NCBI RefSeq assembly: GCF_049243625.1
Contig: NZ_CP046975.1
DNA from: Corynebacterium amycolatum
GTDB lineage: Bacteria > Actinomycetota > Actinomycetes > Mycobacteriales > Mycobacteriaceae
Reading direction: 5' to 3' (one strand)
DNA: 32,000 nt
This document shows positions 1-9,466 of the stretch, in pieces. Position 1 is the stretch's first letter, and every line of letters begins with the position of its first letter. The position numbers were made by a program, and so were the translations under genes. Below the pieces are notes generated by a model. It was not told where the DNA came from. It worked only from the letters and a program-made list of their open reading frames with translations, and did not search any database.

Positions 1-233
1 TAACTAAGGAACGCTGCGCCTGCGATAACCGTGGTATCGATGTCACGCTTACTGAACACGGTCGAACTGTGATTGAGAAAGCGGCGCCGAACCATGTGAA
101 GCTTGTGCGCCATGTTTTGTTTGATGTGCTCGGTGAAAATATCGACTATCAGGGGATTTCCGCTGTGCTCGATAAGATTGCAGAGACCGCCAATGCTACG
201 GTCACCGATTCAGTCGACGGACAAGCAGAGTAG
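1..233 (+). CDS. MarR-family transcriptional regulator, C-terminal fragment (5' end outside window)
   Basis: Frame 3 is open from the window edge to TAG 231-233. It is absent from the ORF track because no start lies in the window. The translation ...KERCACDNRGIDVTLTEHGRTVIEKAAPNHVKLVRHVLFDVLGENIDYQG... shows the MarR wing signature (D-x-R ... V-x-LT-x-x-G) and a C-terminal helix. It aligns with the C-terminal half of the next ORF (LTGVGRHVFAEAAPDYVDTVRQEV). Confidence 0.7.
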   Translation, partial: TKERCACDNRGIDVTLTEHGRTVIEKAAPNHVKLVRHVLFDVLGENIDYQGISAVLDKIAETANATVTDSVDGQAE

Positions 234-302
234 CCAAAAGTTTTTGTGAGTGTTTTCTCATTTGTCTCCGCTACGAGGCTCTCACCATTAGCCTAGAGCA
301 GT

Positions 303-755
303 ATGAACTCATTTGAATGGCTGAGTGATGATGAACAGCTCTTTTGGCAGTCGATGGTAGCTGCTTTTCGCGAGGTAGAGCGCAATATCGAGCGGAGCCT
401 ACGCACTCGAACCGGGCTGACGTTCGCGGACTTTACCCTGCTCATCGCTCTGCATGAGGTAGAGGAGGGGATTCTGCATGTTGACAAGATTTGTGATCGA
501 CTGAAGTGGAACCATCCCCGCGCGCTGCTACATACCAACAGGTTGGAAAAGCGCGGATTTATTCACACCGAAGACCACGGCGAAGACCCGGATTCGGATT
601 ATGTCGTCGTCTTAACAGGCGTTGGTCGGCACGTGTTTGCCGAGGCGGCGCCGGATTATGTAGACACTGTTCGCCAGGAAGTTATTTCACCACTTGCTGA
701 TGAAGACCGCGAAGTGATGCTGAGGTGCTTCCAGTCGGTTCTCGAAAGGAAATAA
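303..755 (+). CDS. MarR-family transcriptional regulator (paralogue of the upstream fragment)
   Basis: 150-aa ORF with ATG start. Winged-HTH layout: LHVDKICDRL, recognition helix KWNHPRALLHTNRLEKRGFI, wing strand VVVLTGVGRHVF, C-terminal helix AAPDYVDTVRQEV. A strong terminator follows. Confidence 0.85.
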   Translation: MNSFEWLSDDEQLFWQSMVAAFREVERNIERSLRTRTGLTFADFTLLIALHEVEEGILHVDKICDRLKWNHPRALLHTNRLEKRGFIHTEDHGEDPDSDYVVVLTGVGRHVFAEAAPDYVDTVRQEVISPLADEDREVMLRCFQSVLERK

Positions 756-766
756 GACTTCCAAGT

Positions 767-805
767 CCTGCTAGTAAAACAATCACTAGCAGGGCGCTTT
801 TTTCT
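767..805 (+). terminator. Rho-independent terminator after the second MarR gene
   Basis: Perfect 9-bp stem cctgctagt (767-775) / actagcagg (785-793) with a 9-nt loop, followed by gcgcttttttctc (T-tract 798-803). Confidence 0.8.
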
Positions 806-924
806 CTACGTTTCAAGTTGTAAAGTAAGGCGTGCCTAAAGCAAAGGGGTGAGTGCTCACTTCTCTTTGTGCACCCTAAGTACCAAAAACTACGCAGAAA
901 TAAACAAGGCAGAAACTGAAACGC

Positions 925-2127
925 ATGAGAGTCAATATTTTCGCCAAGGCTAAAACCGCGCCAAAGACCAAAACTCTGGCCGCAATCGGGTGTGCAGCGC
1001 TGAGCTTCGTCGCTACAGCATGCGGTGCGGACGCAGAGTCGAACGAGGCTGCCGACAACAAAGGAGAACTCACTGTCACTGATGTCGCAGGTCGCACTGT
1101 GACCTTCGACAAGCAGCCAGAACGAGTCGTGCTCGGTGAAGGCCGCGCCATGTTTGTCACCGCGATGCTTGACCACGAAAACCCGGGTGACCACGTTGTC
1201 GCCATGGGCAGCGATTTGCATTCGGGCGCGCCGTCGTTTGAAACCAAGCTTTTCGAGACGAACCCCGAGCTGAAAGACATGCCGACCATCGGCAATATCG
1301 CCAAGGGCGATGTCACAGTTGAAAACCTCATCTCCCACGACCCAGACGTGGTCGTCATGACCCTTGACCACAAGAAGGCCGCGGAGCAGTCCGGTTTCCT
1401 CACCAAGCTCGATCAGGCAGGTCTGAAGTACGTATTCACCGACTTCCGGCAAAAGCCCCTGGAGAATACCGCCAAGTCCGTCGAGCTCCTCGGCCAGATC
1501 GTCGATGAGCAGGACAATGCCAAGAAGTTCACCGACTTCTACACAAAGCGCGTCAACGAGATCACCGAACGTGCCGCCAAGCTCGAAGACAAGCCAAAGA
1601 CCTTCGTCTGGCGAGCAGCCGGTCTCAAGGATTGCTGCTCGACCGTCAACAAGTCCAACCTCGGTGACCTTGTCACAGCAGCCGGCGGTGAGAACCTCGG
1701 AGACAGCCTCCTCGACACCGAATCGGGCGACGTGACCGCAGAGAAGGTCCTGTCCGTCCAGCCGGAGAAGATCATCGCCACCGGTGGTTCTTGGGCGCTC
1801 GATCCGAAGAAGCCGGAAGTGCTGCCACACGTCGAACTCGGCTACACCGCCACCCCAGAGACCGCACAGCGCACTCTGGAAGGCCTGCTGAAGACTCCGG
1901 GTTTTGACACCCTGACCGCGCCGAAGAAGGGTGATCTGTACGCCGCCTTCCACCAGTTCTACGACTCGCCGTACAACGTCTTCGCGCTCGAGCAATTCGC
2001 CAAGTGGATTCACCCAGAGGAGTTCGCTGACCTCGACCCGGTCGCTGACTTCGCCAAGTTCCACAAGGACTACCTGCCCTTCGAACTCAGCGGCACCTTC
2101 TTCACCGCGCTGGAGCCGACCAAGTAA
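925..2127 (+). CDS. ABC transporter substrate-binding lipoprotein, Fe-siderophore/chelate (class III periplasmic binding protein) type
   Basis: 400-aa ORF. Signal peptide with lipobox (AALSFVATA-C-GAD). Motifs typical of FhuD/FecB-like binding proteins are present (PERVVLGEG, DPDVVVMT, PEKIIATGG). It is the first gene of a three-gene importer cluster. Confidence 0.85.
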   Translation: MRVNIFAKAKTAPKTKTLAAIGCAALSFVATACGADAESNEAADNKGELTVTDVAGRTVTFDKQPERVVLGEGRAMFVTAMLDHENPGDHVVAMGSDLHSGAPSFETKLFETNPELKDMPTIGNIAKGDVTVENLISHDPDVVVMTLDHKKAAEQSGFLTKLDQAGLKYVFTDFRQKPLENTAKSVELLGQIVDEQDNAKKFTDFYTKRVNEITERAAKLEDKPKTFVWRAAGLKDCCSTVNKSNLGDLVTAAGGENLGDSLLDTESGDVTAEKVLSVQPEKIIATGGSWALDPKKPEVLPHVELGYTATPETAQRTLEGLLKTPGFDTLTAPKKGDLYAAFHQFYDSPYNVFALEQFAKWIHPEEFADLDPVADFAKFHKDYLPFELSGTFFTALEPTK

Positions 2128-2157
2128 CCCATCTTCCACCATCGAAGAAGGAATCCG

Positions 2158-3333
2158 ATGACTTACACCAATCTGCACGCTCCCGCGTCAGGGCTTGACG
2201 ACGAACCCCGCGAGTCCACCTCCACCAACGGCAGTGGAGGTCAAGAGTCGCAGCCCGCCACCGAACAGCACGAGTGTCCGTCGTCAAGCACGACCTACGA
2301 CTCTGCGCGACAGTACCGACGACGCTCGGCACGGAAAATCGCCATCATTGCGGTGCTGGTGGGGCTGGCCGTGTGCGCGTTTGTGGTGGCGACGATTGTG
2401 GGGCCGATGGCACTGAGCGTGGGGGACGTCGTCCGTGGCATCGTGAGCCCGAATGATGTGGACGAAACCACTCGTACGGTGCTGTGGAAGCTGCGTCTGC
2501 CTGCATCGGTGATGGCAGTGCTGATTGGTGCAGCGCTGTCGCTTGCCGGTGCACAGATGCAGACAATCCTCGATAACCCTCTGGCGGAGCCGTTTACGCT
2601 CGGTATCTCGGCTGCAGCGGCGTTCGGTGGGGCGGCATCGATTGTGCTGGGCTGGGTGATTATTCCGCATGCGCAGTTCAACCTGGCGGCCGTGGCCTGG
2701 GTATCATCCGTCGTCGCTGTGGCGATTGTGGCGGCGGCGTCGGTATGGCGCGGCTCGGGTAAGGAATCGATGATTCTGCTCGGCATTGGTCTGGTGTTTC
2801 TATTCCAAGCGCTGTTGGCGCTGTTGCAATACCGCGCGACTACCGAGGCGCTCCAGCAGATTGTGTTCTGGACGATGGGCTCGCTACAGCGCGCGAACTG
2901 GGTGGCCAACGGTATCATTGCGGCGGCGCTGCTAATCGCTATTCCGTTCACTATCCGCTATGCGTGGGCGCTGACGGTGTTGCGGCTTGGCGATGCCCGA
3001 GCAAAAGCCGTGGGCATCAATGTGGATAGGCTGCGCATTGCGACGCTGATTGTAGCCTCGCTGCTGGCAGCAACCGCAGTGGCCTTCGCCGGCATCATCG
3101 GCTTCATCGGACTGGTCGGCCCACACATTGCACGCATGCTGGTCGGTGAAGAACAGCGCTTCTTTGCCCCGGCATCGATGGCGGCGGGCGCGGCGCTGCT
3201 TGCGGCAGCTCATGCGGTATCCATCACGGTGGTGCCGGGTGTGGCAGTGCCGATTGGCATCATTACCGCAATCGTCGGTGTCCCATTCTTTGTCGGCTTG
3301 GTTTTTCTGCGTAAGAGGACGGTGTGGAACTAA
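2158..3333 (+). CDS. ABC transporter permease, FecCD/BtuC family
   Basis: 391-aa ORF with SD gaagaagga 6 nt upstream. It has a ~60-aa hydrophilic N-terminus followed by multiple hydrophobic helices, with FecCD-like segments (LRLPASVMAVLIGAALSLAGAQMQTILDNPLAEPFTLGISAAAAFG, GFIGLVGPHIARMLVG, GIITAIVGVPFFVGLVF). Confidence 0.9.
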   Translation: MTYTNLHAPASGLDDEPRESTSTNGSGGQESQPATEQHECPSSSTTYDSARQYRRRSARKIAIIAVLVGLAVCAFVVATIVGPMALSVGDVVRGIVSPNDVDETTRTVLWKLRLPASVMAVLIGAALSLAGAQMQTILDNPLAEPFTLGISAAAAFGGAASIVLGWVIIPHAQFNLAAVAWVSSVVAVAIVAAASVWRGSGKESMILLGIGLVFLFQALLALLQYRATTEALQQIVFWTMGSLQRANWVANGIIAAALLIAIPFTIRYAWALTVLRLGDARAKAVGINVDRLRIATLIVASLLAATAVAFAGIIGFIGLVGPHIARMLVGEEQRFFAPASMAAGAALLAAAHAVSITVVPGVAVPIGIITAIVGVPFFVGLVFLRKRTVWN

Positions 3334-4124
3334 TGGGCGTATTTCTCGATGTCAATGACGTAGCTGCAGGCTATGGCAAGCGAAAGGTGCTGCGCGGGGC
3401 GTCAATACGCACGCTGAAGCCAGGTACGGTGACGGGTTTGCTCGGGCCAAACGCTGCGGGCAAGTCCACACTGATGACCACGCTGGCGGGGATTCGAAAG
3501 CCCATGTCCGGGGAGATTGTTCTGACCCGTGACAATGAACGGGTTATCGGTTCCGAACTGCGCGAAGTCGTCGGCTACGTACCGCAGGATCTACCGGCCA
3601 GCGCCTCGCTGACCGCATTCGAATCGGTACTGGTCTCCGGGCGGCGCGCCGGGCGTCTGCGGGTGCGTGGCTCAGAGATTGAGCACACGGCGGTGGCTCT
3701 CCGAAAGGTTGGCATTGAACACCTTGCCGACAGATTCGTCGGCGAGCTCTCCGGCGGTCAGCGGCAGCTCGTCGCCGTCGCGCAGATGTTTGTCCGCGAT
3801 CCCGAGATCATGCTTCTCGACGAACCCACCTCCGCCCTCGACCTGCGTCACCAGGTGGAACTCCTAAAGCTCGTCCGCGCGGAGGTCGCCTCACGGAGCT
3901 CCTTGGCACTCGTTGCAATCCACGATCTGAATCTCGCCGCCCGCTACTGCGATGAGCTTGTCATGCTTCACGACGGCCACGTGGTTGCCCAGGGGAGTCC
4001 TGTTGACGTTCTCACTCCGGACCTTTTGGCCCGCGTCTATGGAATTCGAGCCCGCGTACTCGATGACGAGGGCGTGCCCGTGGTGTGTCCTATTGAGGAA
4101 GACCAGGTTTCTGAAGCCGCGTAG
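3324..4124 (+). CDS. ABC transporter ATP-binding protein (FepC/FecE-like)
   Basis: Walker A GPNAAGKST, signature LSGGQRQ, Walker B MLLDEPTSALD, H-loop AIHDL. The start is ambiguous: GTG 3324, or ATG 3333 which overlaps the permease stop (TAATG). Confidence 0.92.
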   Translation: MELMGVFLDVNDVAAGYGKRKVLRGASIRTLKPGTVTGLLGPNAAGKSTLMTTLAGIRKPMSGEIVLTRDNERVIGSELREVVGYVPQDLPASASLTAFESVLVSGRRAGRLRVRGSEIEHTAVALRKVGIEHLADRFVGELSGGQRQLVAVAQMFVRDPEIMLLDEPTSALDLRHQVELLKLVRAEVASRSSLALVAIHDLNLAARYCDELVMLHDGHVVAQGSPVDVLTPDLLARVYGIRARVLDDEGVPVVCPIEEDQVSEAA

Positions 4125-4131
4125 TGGAGAT

Positions 4132-4190
4132 TTGGCTGGGGCGCGGGGCATTTCGCTAATCGCCCCAGCCAAGTGGTAACATCTTTTCTC
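4132..4190 (+). terminator. Hairpin terminator after the ABC importer operon
   Basis: Perfect 12-bp GC-rich stem ttggctggggcg (4132-4143) / cgccccagccaa (4161-4172) with a 17-nt loop. The T-rich run tcttttctc lies about 10 nt further on, so it is not a canonical L-shaped terminator. Confidence 0.5.
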
Positions 4191-4217
4191 GTTGCACTTG
4201 TTGTACTTGTGCCACAC

Positions 4218-4290
4218 GCCCCCGTAGCTCAGTGGATAGAGCGCCGGTTTCCGGTACCGAAGGTCGGAGGTTCGACTCCTCTCGGGGGCA
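4218..4290 (+). tRNA. tRNA-Arg (anticodon CCG)
   Basis: A 73-nt cloverleaf read by hand. Acceptor gcccccg/cgggggc plus discriminator A. D-arm gctc-agtggata-gagc. Anticodon arm ccggt-ttCCGgt-accga (one C:A mismatch at 27:43). Variable loop aggtc. T-arm ggagg-ttcgact-cctct. CCA is not encoded. Confidence 0.9.
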
Positions 4291-4296
4291 CGTTCT

Positions 4297-4346
4297 ATCC
4301 CTCAAGTGATTAGGTTTTTCCTGGTTGCTTGAGGGATTTTTGTTTT
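4297..4346 (+). terminator. Rho-independent terminator after tRNA-Arg
   Basis: 10-bp stem atccctcaag (4297-4306) / cttgagggat (4328-4337) with a 21-nt loop, followed by tttttgtttt. Confidence 0.6.
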
Positions 4347-4439
4347 AGCGGCCACCTAGCGGAAACGTTTAGTTACCGTTCTTCCAGCGGAACAGCCTGG
4401 CGGAGGAATTCGAGTCGCCCATGACAATTCACCTTGGTG

Positions 4440-5171
4440 CTACTGGCCAGCAATAATCACAATCAGCGTGCGTGGCCCATGGACACCTTCGACTCGGGCA
4501 AGCTCGATGTCCGAGGTTGCAGAAGGTCCCGAAATCATGGTGATGGGAGCGGTGGGATCACTCTCGCGTAGACGGGAAATTGCCTCCGGGATGCCGTAGA
4601 CAACCGTGGAAGCCGGCACAACGCAGATGTGAATATCCGGCACCAAGGTCAGCGCGCGGCGGCCAGAAGTGGCCGAACCGTCCAGAACAATGGTGCCGGT
4701 CTCGGCGCAGGTAACAGCAGAGCTGGTGACAATCGCGTCGAGCTCGTCCAGCTCTTCGGCGGTGAAACCTGTATCGACGCGAATCTCGGCGGTGGCCTTA
4801 CCCCCACCAGACTCCAACCCCGCAACCCACTCGCGGTCTAGGCCTTCGGGAATACCAATCAATGAAGCCCCGACATCAGCAATTGCCTTCTTCACAGCTT
4901 CATTGATTTCAGTTGCCGAGCTCCCACAGCGGCGCACATCGGCTTTGTAATCGGCGATGCGTTCGTCGGCAAGCGAAATGATCTCCTTGGCCGTCAGGTC
5001 GGAGGAGCGTTCGTAATCGCGGGGGATGTTGAAATGTGTACCGGGCTCGCCGGTGACGATGCCTGCGTCAGAGGCCAAGTCACGGCCTTCGAAGGCGATC
5101 TTCTGAGCATTGCGGATACGCTCGAGGATTTCGCTTTTGGCAATGTTCGCGGATGCTGAGGAATGGGACAT
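4440..5171 (-). CDS. lutC: Lactate utilization protein C (LUD-domain, LutC/YkgG family)
   Basis: 243-aa ORF and last gene of a lutA-lutB-lutC arrangement, with a 2-nt gap to lutB. Length and position fit the LUD domain. The call rests mainly on operon context. Confidence 0.75.
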   Translation of the reverse strand: MSHSSASANIAKSEILERIRNAQKIAFEGRDLASDAGIVTGEPGTHFNIPRDYERSSDLTAKEIISLADERIADYKADVRRCGSSATEINEAVKKAIADVGASLIGIPEGLDREWVAGLESGGGKATAEIRVDTGFTAEELDELDAIVTSSAVTCAETGTIVLDGSATSGRRALTLVPDIHICVVPASTVVYGIPEAISRLRESDPTAPITMISGPSATSDIELARVEGVHGPRTLIVIIAGQ

Positions 5172-5173
5172 CG

Positions 5174-6748
5174 CTAGGCCTCCTTGCCGGACATGTCGGG
5201 CTGCTTGTTGTCATCCGACAGCCCATTAATCTTCGTCGGAACCTGATTTGCCGATTCACGAGACAGCTGCGCCGAGAAATCCTCCGAACCCCACAGTGAG
5301 CGGAACGGCTTCTTCGGCGGAATCGGAGTATCACGCACATCCGACCACCCGCTGAGGAAAAGTGGCAGGGTGTGAATCTCGCCGTCCTTCAACCCGAGTA
5401 CGCGGGCGAGGGAGGTCATCTTAGCGCTCATGTCCCACAGCTTCTGATTGCCCATGATGAACCCGAGCGTGGCAAAGAGTTTGCCCTCCACCGGCGGGCG
5501 GTGCTCCGTGACCTTACGGTGTCGCAGCTCCAGCAGCGCCGCGGGGATATCAATTCGCACCGGGCAGACCTCAAAGCAAGCTCCACACAGCGAGGATGCA
5601 TAGGGCAGGGAGGCATTCGGATCATCGTAGGAGTCCATGCCGGTGAGCTGCGGGGACAAAATTGCACCAATCGGACCCGGGTAGACCGAACCGTAAGCGT
5701 GCCCGCCCACGTGCTCGTACACCGGGCAGATATTCAGGCATGCCGAGCAGCGAATGCACTTCAGCGCTTCACGCCCAATCGGATCTGCAAGGGTGGCCGA
5801 GCGCCCATTGTCCAGCAACACAATGTGGAAATTCTTCGGGCCGTCGCCGTCCGTGGTTCCCGTCCACAGGGAGGTGTAGGGATTCATACGCTCGCCTGTC
5901 GACGACCGTGGCAGCAGCTGCAAGAATACTTCCAAGTCCTGGAAAGTGGGAAGCAGCTTCTCAATCCCCATCACCGAAATCAGTGTTTCCGGCAGCGTGA
6001 GACACATGCGGCCATTGCCCTCTGACTCGACGACAGCCACCGTACCGGTTTCGGCCACACCGAAGTTGGCACCGGAAATCGCGACCTTGGCCTCCATAAA
6101 CTGCTCGCGCAGGAACTTACGGGATGCCTCGGCCAGATCGGCCGGATTGGCTTTCAAATCCGGGTCGACTCCGGGGATTCCATTGAGGAAGATCTCGCGG
6201 ATATCCTCGCGATTGCGATGGATAGCAGGAACCAGGATGTGGCTCGGCATGTCGTCGGCAAGCTGAACGATGAGTTCCGCCAGGTCGGTTTCGCGGGCGG
6301 TGATGCCGGCGTCGGCAAGCGCTTCGTTCAAGCCGATTTCCTGCGTGGCCATCGACTTAATCTTGACGACCTTTTCTTCGCCGGTCTCTTTCACCAAATC
6401 CGTAATGATGCGGTTTGCTTCAGCGGCATCCCGCGCCCAGTGGACGTGACCGCCGGCATTCGTCACTGACTCTTCGAACTGCTCCAGCAGTTCTGGCAGA
6501 CGCGCCATCACATCGCGCTTGATGTGGCTGCCCGCGAGCCGCAGCTGCTCCCAGTCATTCTTCTCCGCTACGACATGCGCGCGCTTCTTACGAATCGAAC
6601 GCGTGGCATGACCGACATTTTCACGCATGCGAGTGTTCTTGAGTTCCTCGTGCGCCGCGGCCGTGAACCCGCGCGTACCGCGCAGATGCCCGACGTTGTG
6701 CGGCGCGCGTGGAGGAAGGGCTGGCATGCCGACGTTAATTGCGACCAT
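5174..6748 (-). CDS. lutB: Lactate utilization iron-sulfur protein LutB/YkgF
   Basis: 524-aa ORF with two ferredoxin-type clusters (CIRCSACLNICPVY and CGACFEVCPV) and an N-terminal LUD-like region. Its start overlaps the lutA stop by 1 nt (TAATG on the minus strand). Confidence 0.88.
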   Translation of the reverse strand: MVAINVGMPALPPRAPHNVGHLRGTRGFTAAAHEELKNTRMRENVGHATRSIRKKRAHVVAEKNDWEQLRLAGSHIKRDVMARLPELLEQFEESVTNAGGHVHWARDAAEANRIITDLVKETGEEKVVKIKSMATQEIGLNEALADAGITARETDLAELIVQLADDMPSHILVPAIHRNREDIREIFLNGIPGVDPDLKANPADLAEASRKFLREQFMEAKVAISGANFGVAETGTVAVVESEGNGRMCLTLPETLISVMGIEKLLPTFQDLEVFLQLLPRSSTGERMNPYTSLWTGTTDGDGPKNFHIVLLDNGRSATLADPIGREALKCIRCSACLNICPVYEHVGGHAYGSVYPGPIGAILSPQLTGMDSYDDPNASLPYASSLCGACFEVCPVRIDIPAALLELRHRKVTEHRPPVEGKLFATLGFIMGNQKLWDMSAKMTSLARVLGLKDGEIHTLPLFLSGWSDVRDTPIPPKKPFRSLWGSEDFSAQLSRESANQVPTKINGLSDDNKQPDMSGKEA

Positions 6749-7536
6749 TACTGCTCACCTCGCAGGGAAGCTTCTTGACGGTTGTCCACATCAAACGGGG
6801 TCTCCTTGGTGGAGGCCAGAATCTCGGCCATATGGATGGCATGCACGCCAGAGTCCTGGCGACGCAGCGCACCCCCGATATTGAGCAAGCAGGAGGCATC
6901 GCCAGCGGTCACGAACTCCGCTTCCGTAGCGCGGATATTGGCTGTCTTGTCGGCAACCATTGCAGCGGAAGTCTCCGCATTCTTCACCGAGAAGGTGCCG
7001 CCGAAACCGCAGCACTCCGCCGCGCCGGGCAGCTCGCGCAAATCGATTCCATCGACTGCACTGAGTAGCCGCCACGGACGGTCACCCACTTTGAGCACCC
7101 GCAAGCTGTGGCAGGTGGAGTGGTAGGTCACTGAGTGGGGGAAGTAAGCACCGACGTCAGTCACACCAGCGACATCGGTGATGAACTCGGAGAGATCCAG
7201 CGTCTTGTTCGCGCAGGCCTGTGCCGCATGGGTTTGGGCACGGGTACCGTAGCGGCCCGCGATCATCGGATGCTGGTGGCGAACGGCGCCGGCGCAGGAA
7301 CCGGACGGGGCGACAACGTAGTCAATCGAGGAATCCGCAAAAGCATCAGCGTAGGTGTCTAGCTGAGGAAGGATTTCCTTCTGGTATCCGGTGTTGACGT
7401 GCATTTGTCCGCAGCAGGTTTGCTGTGGCGGAAAGACCACATCACATCCGAGCCGCGTGAGAACTCTGGCTGTCGCACTCACTGCATCCGGAAACATCAT
7501 GTCCCCGATGCAGGTCGCGAAAAGTGCTACTTTCAC
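6748..7536 (-). CDS. lutA: (Fe-S)-binding oxidoreductase LutA/YkgE (two CCG cysteine-rich domains)
   Basis: 262-aa ORF MKVALFATCIGDMMFPD...QQTCCGQMHVNTGY...ECCGFGGTFS. This is the typical duplicated CCG motif of LutA/GlcF-like proteins. Confidence 0.88.
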   Translation of the reverse strand: MKVALFATCIGDMMFPDAVSATARVLTRLGCDVVFPPQQTCCGQMHVNTGYQKEILPQLDTYADAFADSSIDYVVAPSGSCAGAVRHQHPMIAGRYGTRAQTHAAQACANKTLDLSEFITDVAGVTDVGAYFPHSVTYHSTCHSLRVLKVGDRPWRLLSAVDGIDLRELPGAAECCGFGGTFSVKNAETSAAMVADKTANIRATEAEFVTAGDASCLLNIGGALRRQDSGVHAIHMAEILASTKETPFDVDNRQEASLRGEQ

Positions 7537-7748
7537 GGTCGCTCCAAAATGGGTTGAGGATAAGGCAATAATTTCCTACCTGAATGCTACGCCTAGGCCC
7601 GGATTAAATCTGTTCTCAACGCAAATTCGCCTGGATCGTGAAAATGGCTAGTTGCAGTCGGACTCCACGACCTGCAGATGCCCCTCAAATGAATCTTTTG
7701 GTGGCTGATGTTTCCACGACTGCGATTGACCTAATAGGATAGGCAATC

Positions 7749-9401
7749 GTGAATCCTGCTGATCTTGCTGTACTAGTCCGAAAAGTCACCGTCGAGGTTT
7801 TGACTTCCCACGATGCCGATGTCTCTATCGTGCCGGAAAACCCGACTGTCGAGCGTCCGCGTAACCCTGAGCACGGCGACTATGCAACCAATATCGCTAT
7901 GCAGCTGGGCAAGCGTGTCGGTATGGTGCCGCGTGACTTGGCAACTGAAATTGCCACAGCGCTCGGCGCCTCTGAGGGTATCGATGAAGCAACCATCGCA
8001 GGCCCGGGCTTTATTAACATCCGCCTGGCCTCCGATGCCCAGGGCAAGATCGTCGAGGACGTCTTGGCAGCGGGGGAGAAGTGGGGTCATGCCGATTTCA
8101 ACTCCAACCTCGACGTGAACCTGGAGTTTGTCTCCGCAAATCCGACCGGGCCGATTCACCTGGGTGGTACCCGCTGGGCAGCAGTCGGTGACGCTCTTGG
8201 TCGTGTCCTGTCCGCCACGGGCGCCAAGGTCACCCGCGAGTACTACTTCAATGACCACGGTCGCCAGATTGACCGCTTCTCCGACTCCCTGGTTGCCGCC
8301 GCTCGGAACCAGCCGACCCCGGAGGATGGCTACGGCGGAGAGTACATCCAGGACATTGCTGCTGCTGTGCTGGAGAAGAATCCGCAGGCACTCGAGGGCT
8401 CTGAGGAGGAGGTCCAGGAGCACTTCCGCGTCATCGGTGTGGACATGATGTTCGAGCACATCAAGGAGTCTCTGCACGAGTTCGGCACCGATTTCGATGT
8501 TTACTTCCACGAAAACTCGCTGTTCGAGTCCGGTCAGGTGGAAGCAGCTGTCAACTCCCTGAAGGAAAACGGCAAACTCTACGAAGCTGACGGCGCGTGG
8601 TGGTTGAAGTCCACCGATTACGGTGACGATAAGGACCGCGTGGTCATCAAGTCCGACGGCGATGCAGCCTACATTGCGGGTGACATCGCATACGTTAAGA
8701 ACAAGTTCGACCGCGGCCACAACCTGTGCATTTACATGCTGGGTGCCGATCACCACGGCTACATCGCACGTCTGCGTGCCGCCGCTGCCGCGCTCGGCTA
8801 CAACGCAGACGGTGTCGAGGTGCTCATCGGTCAGATGGTCAACTTGCTTCGCGACGGCAAGGCTGTCCGGATGTCCAAGCGCGCGGGCACAGTAGTGACC
8901 TTGGACGACCTGGTTGAGGCAATCGGTGTCGATGCTGCTCGCTACTCGCTAATCCGTTCCTCCGTGGACTCCAGCCTGGATATTGACCTGGGGCTGTGGG
9001 CTTCGCAGTCCAGCGACAACCCGGTCTACTACGTCCAGTACGGCCACGCTCGTCTGTGCTCAATCGGCCGCCGTGCCGAAGAGGCTGGTGTGACCAGCGA
9101 AGATGCCGACTTCTCCCTGCTGGTAGAGGACCGTGAAGGTGAGCTCATCCGCACTATCGGTGAGTTTCCGGCGATCATCAAGTCCGCTGCTGACCTGCGG
9201 GAACCACACCGCATTGCCCGTTACGCTGAGCAGCTCGCCGGTGTCTTCCACCGCTTCTACGACACCTGCCAGATTCTGCCTAAGGCCGACGAAGAGGTAT
9301 CCGAGCTGCACCGTGCTCGTCTCGGCCTGGCTGAGGCTACCCGCCAGACGCTGGCCAATGCTCTGCAGCTGCTCGGTGTTACCGCACCTGAGCGCATGTA
9401 G
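7749..9401 (+). CDS. argS: Arginine--tRNA ligase
   Basis: 550-aa ORF with GTG start. Class I signatures are present: HIGH-type ([14 protein letters not shown]), KMSKS-type (VRMSKRAG), and a C-terminal anticodon-binding DALR-type domain. Confidence 0.96.
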   Translation: MNPADLAVLVRKVTVEVLTSHDADVSIVPENPTVERPRNPEHGDYATNIAMQLGKRVGMVPRDLATEIATALGASEGIDEATIAGPGFINIRLASDAQGKIVEDVLAAGEKWGHADFNSNLDVNLEFVSANPTGPIHLGGTRWAAVGDALGRVLSATGAKVTREYYFNDHGRQIDRFSDSLVAAARNQPTPEDGYGGEYIQDIAAAVLEKNPQALEGSEEEVQEHFRVIGVDMMFEHIKESLHEFGTDFDVYFHENSLFESGQVEAAVNSLKENGKLYEADGAWWLKSTDYGDDKDRVVIKSDGDAAYIAGDIAYVKNKFDRGHNLCIYMLGADHHGYIARLRAAAAALGYNADGVEVLIGQMVNLLRDGKAVRMSKRAGTVVTLDDLVEAIGVDAARYSLIRSSVDSSLDIDLGLWASQSSDNPVYYVQYGHARLCSIGRRAEEAGVTSEDADFSLLVEDREGELIRTIGEFPAIIKSAADLREPHRIARYAEQLAGVFHRFYDTCQILPKADEEVSELHRARLGLAEATRQTLANALQLLGVTAPERM

Positions 9402-9466
9402 TCGAACGCGCCCGTAAAACTACACCCCGTTGCTCCGCCCGGGTAACGGAGAAAGAGAGCTGTTTC

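Noticed and set aside
756-924. DtxR/IdeR iron box expected upstream of a siderophore-type ABC importer.
   Set aside because: No 19-bp TTAGGTTAGCCTAACCTAA-like palindrome was visible. The TAAGGCgtGCCTAA element has the arms only 2-4 nt apart, which is the wrong geometry for DtxR. This was a by-eye search only.
682-2178. 498-aa minus-strand ORF covering the whole lipoprotein gene region.
   Set aside because: It is antisense to a gene with clear signal peptide, lipobox and binding-protein motifs. Its translation is a compositionally skewed G/V/L/R/E string with no recognisable motif. This is the typical shadow ORF of high-GC coding DNA.
4218-4346. tRNA-Arg as the attachment site of a genomic island (the MarR/ABC module to its left, or lutABC to its right).
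   Set aside because: There is no integrase, no recombination directionality factor, and no repeat of the tRNA 3' end that I could spot elsewhere in the window. Both flanks carry ordinary metabolic genes with host-like composition.
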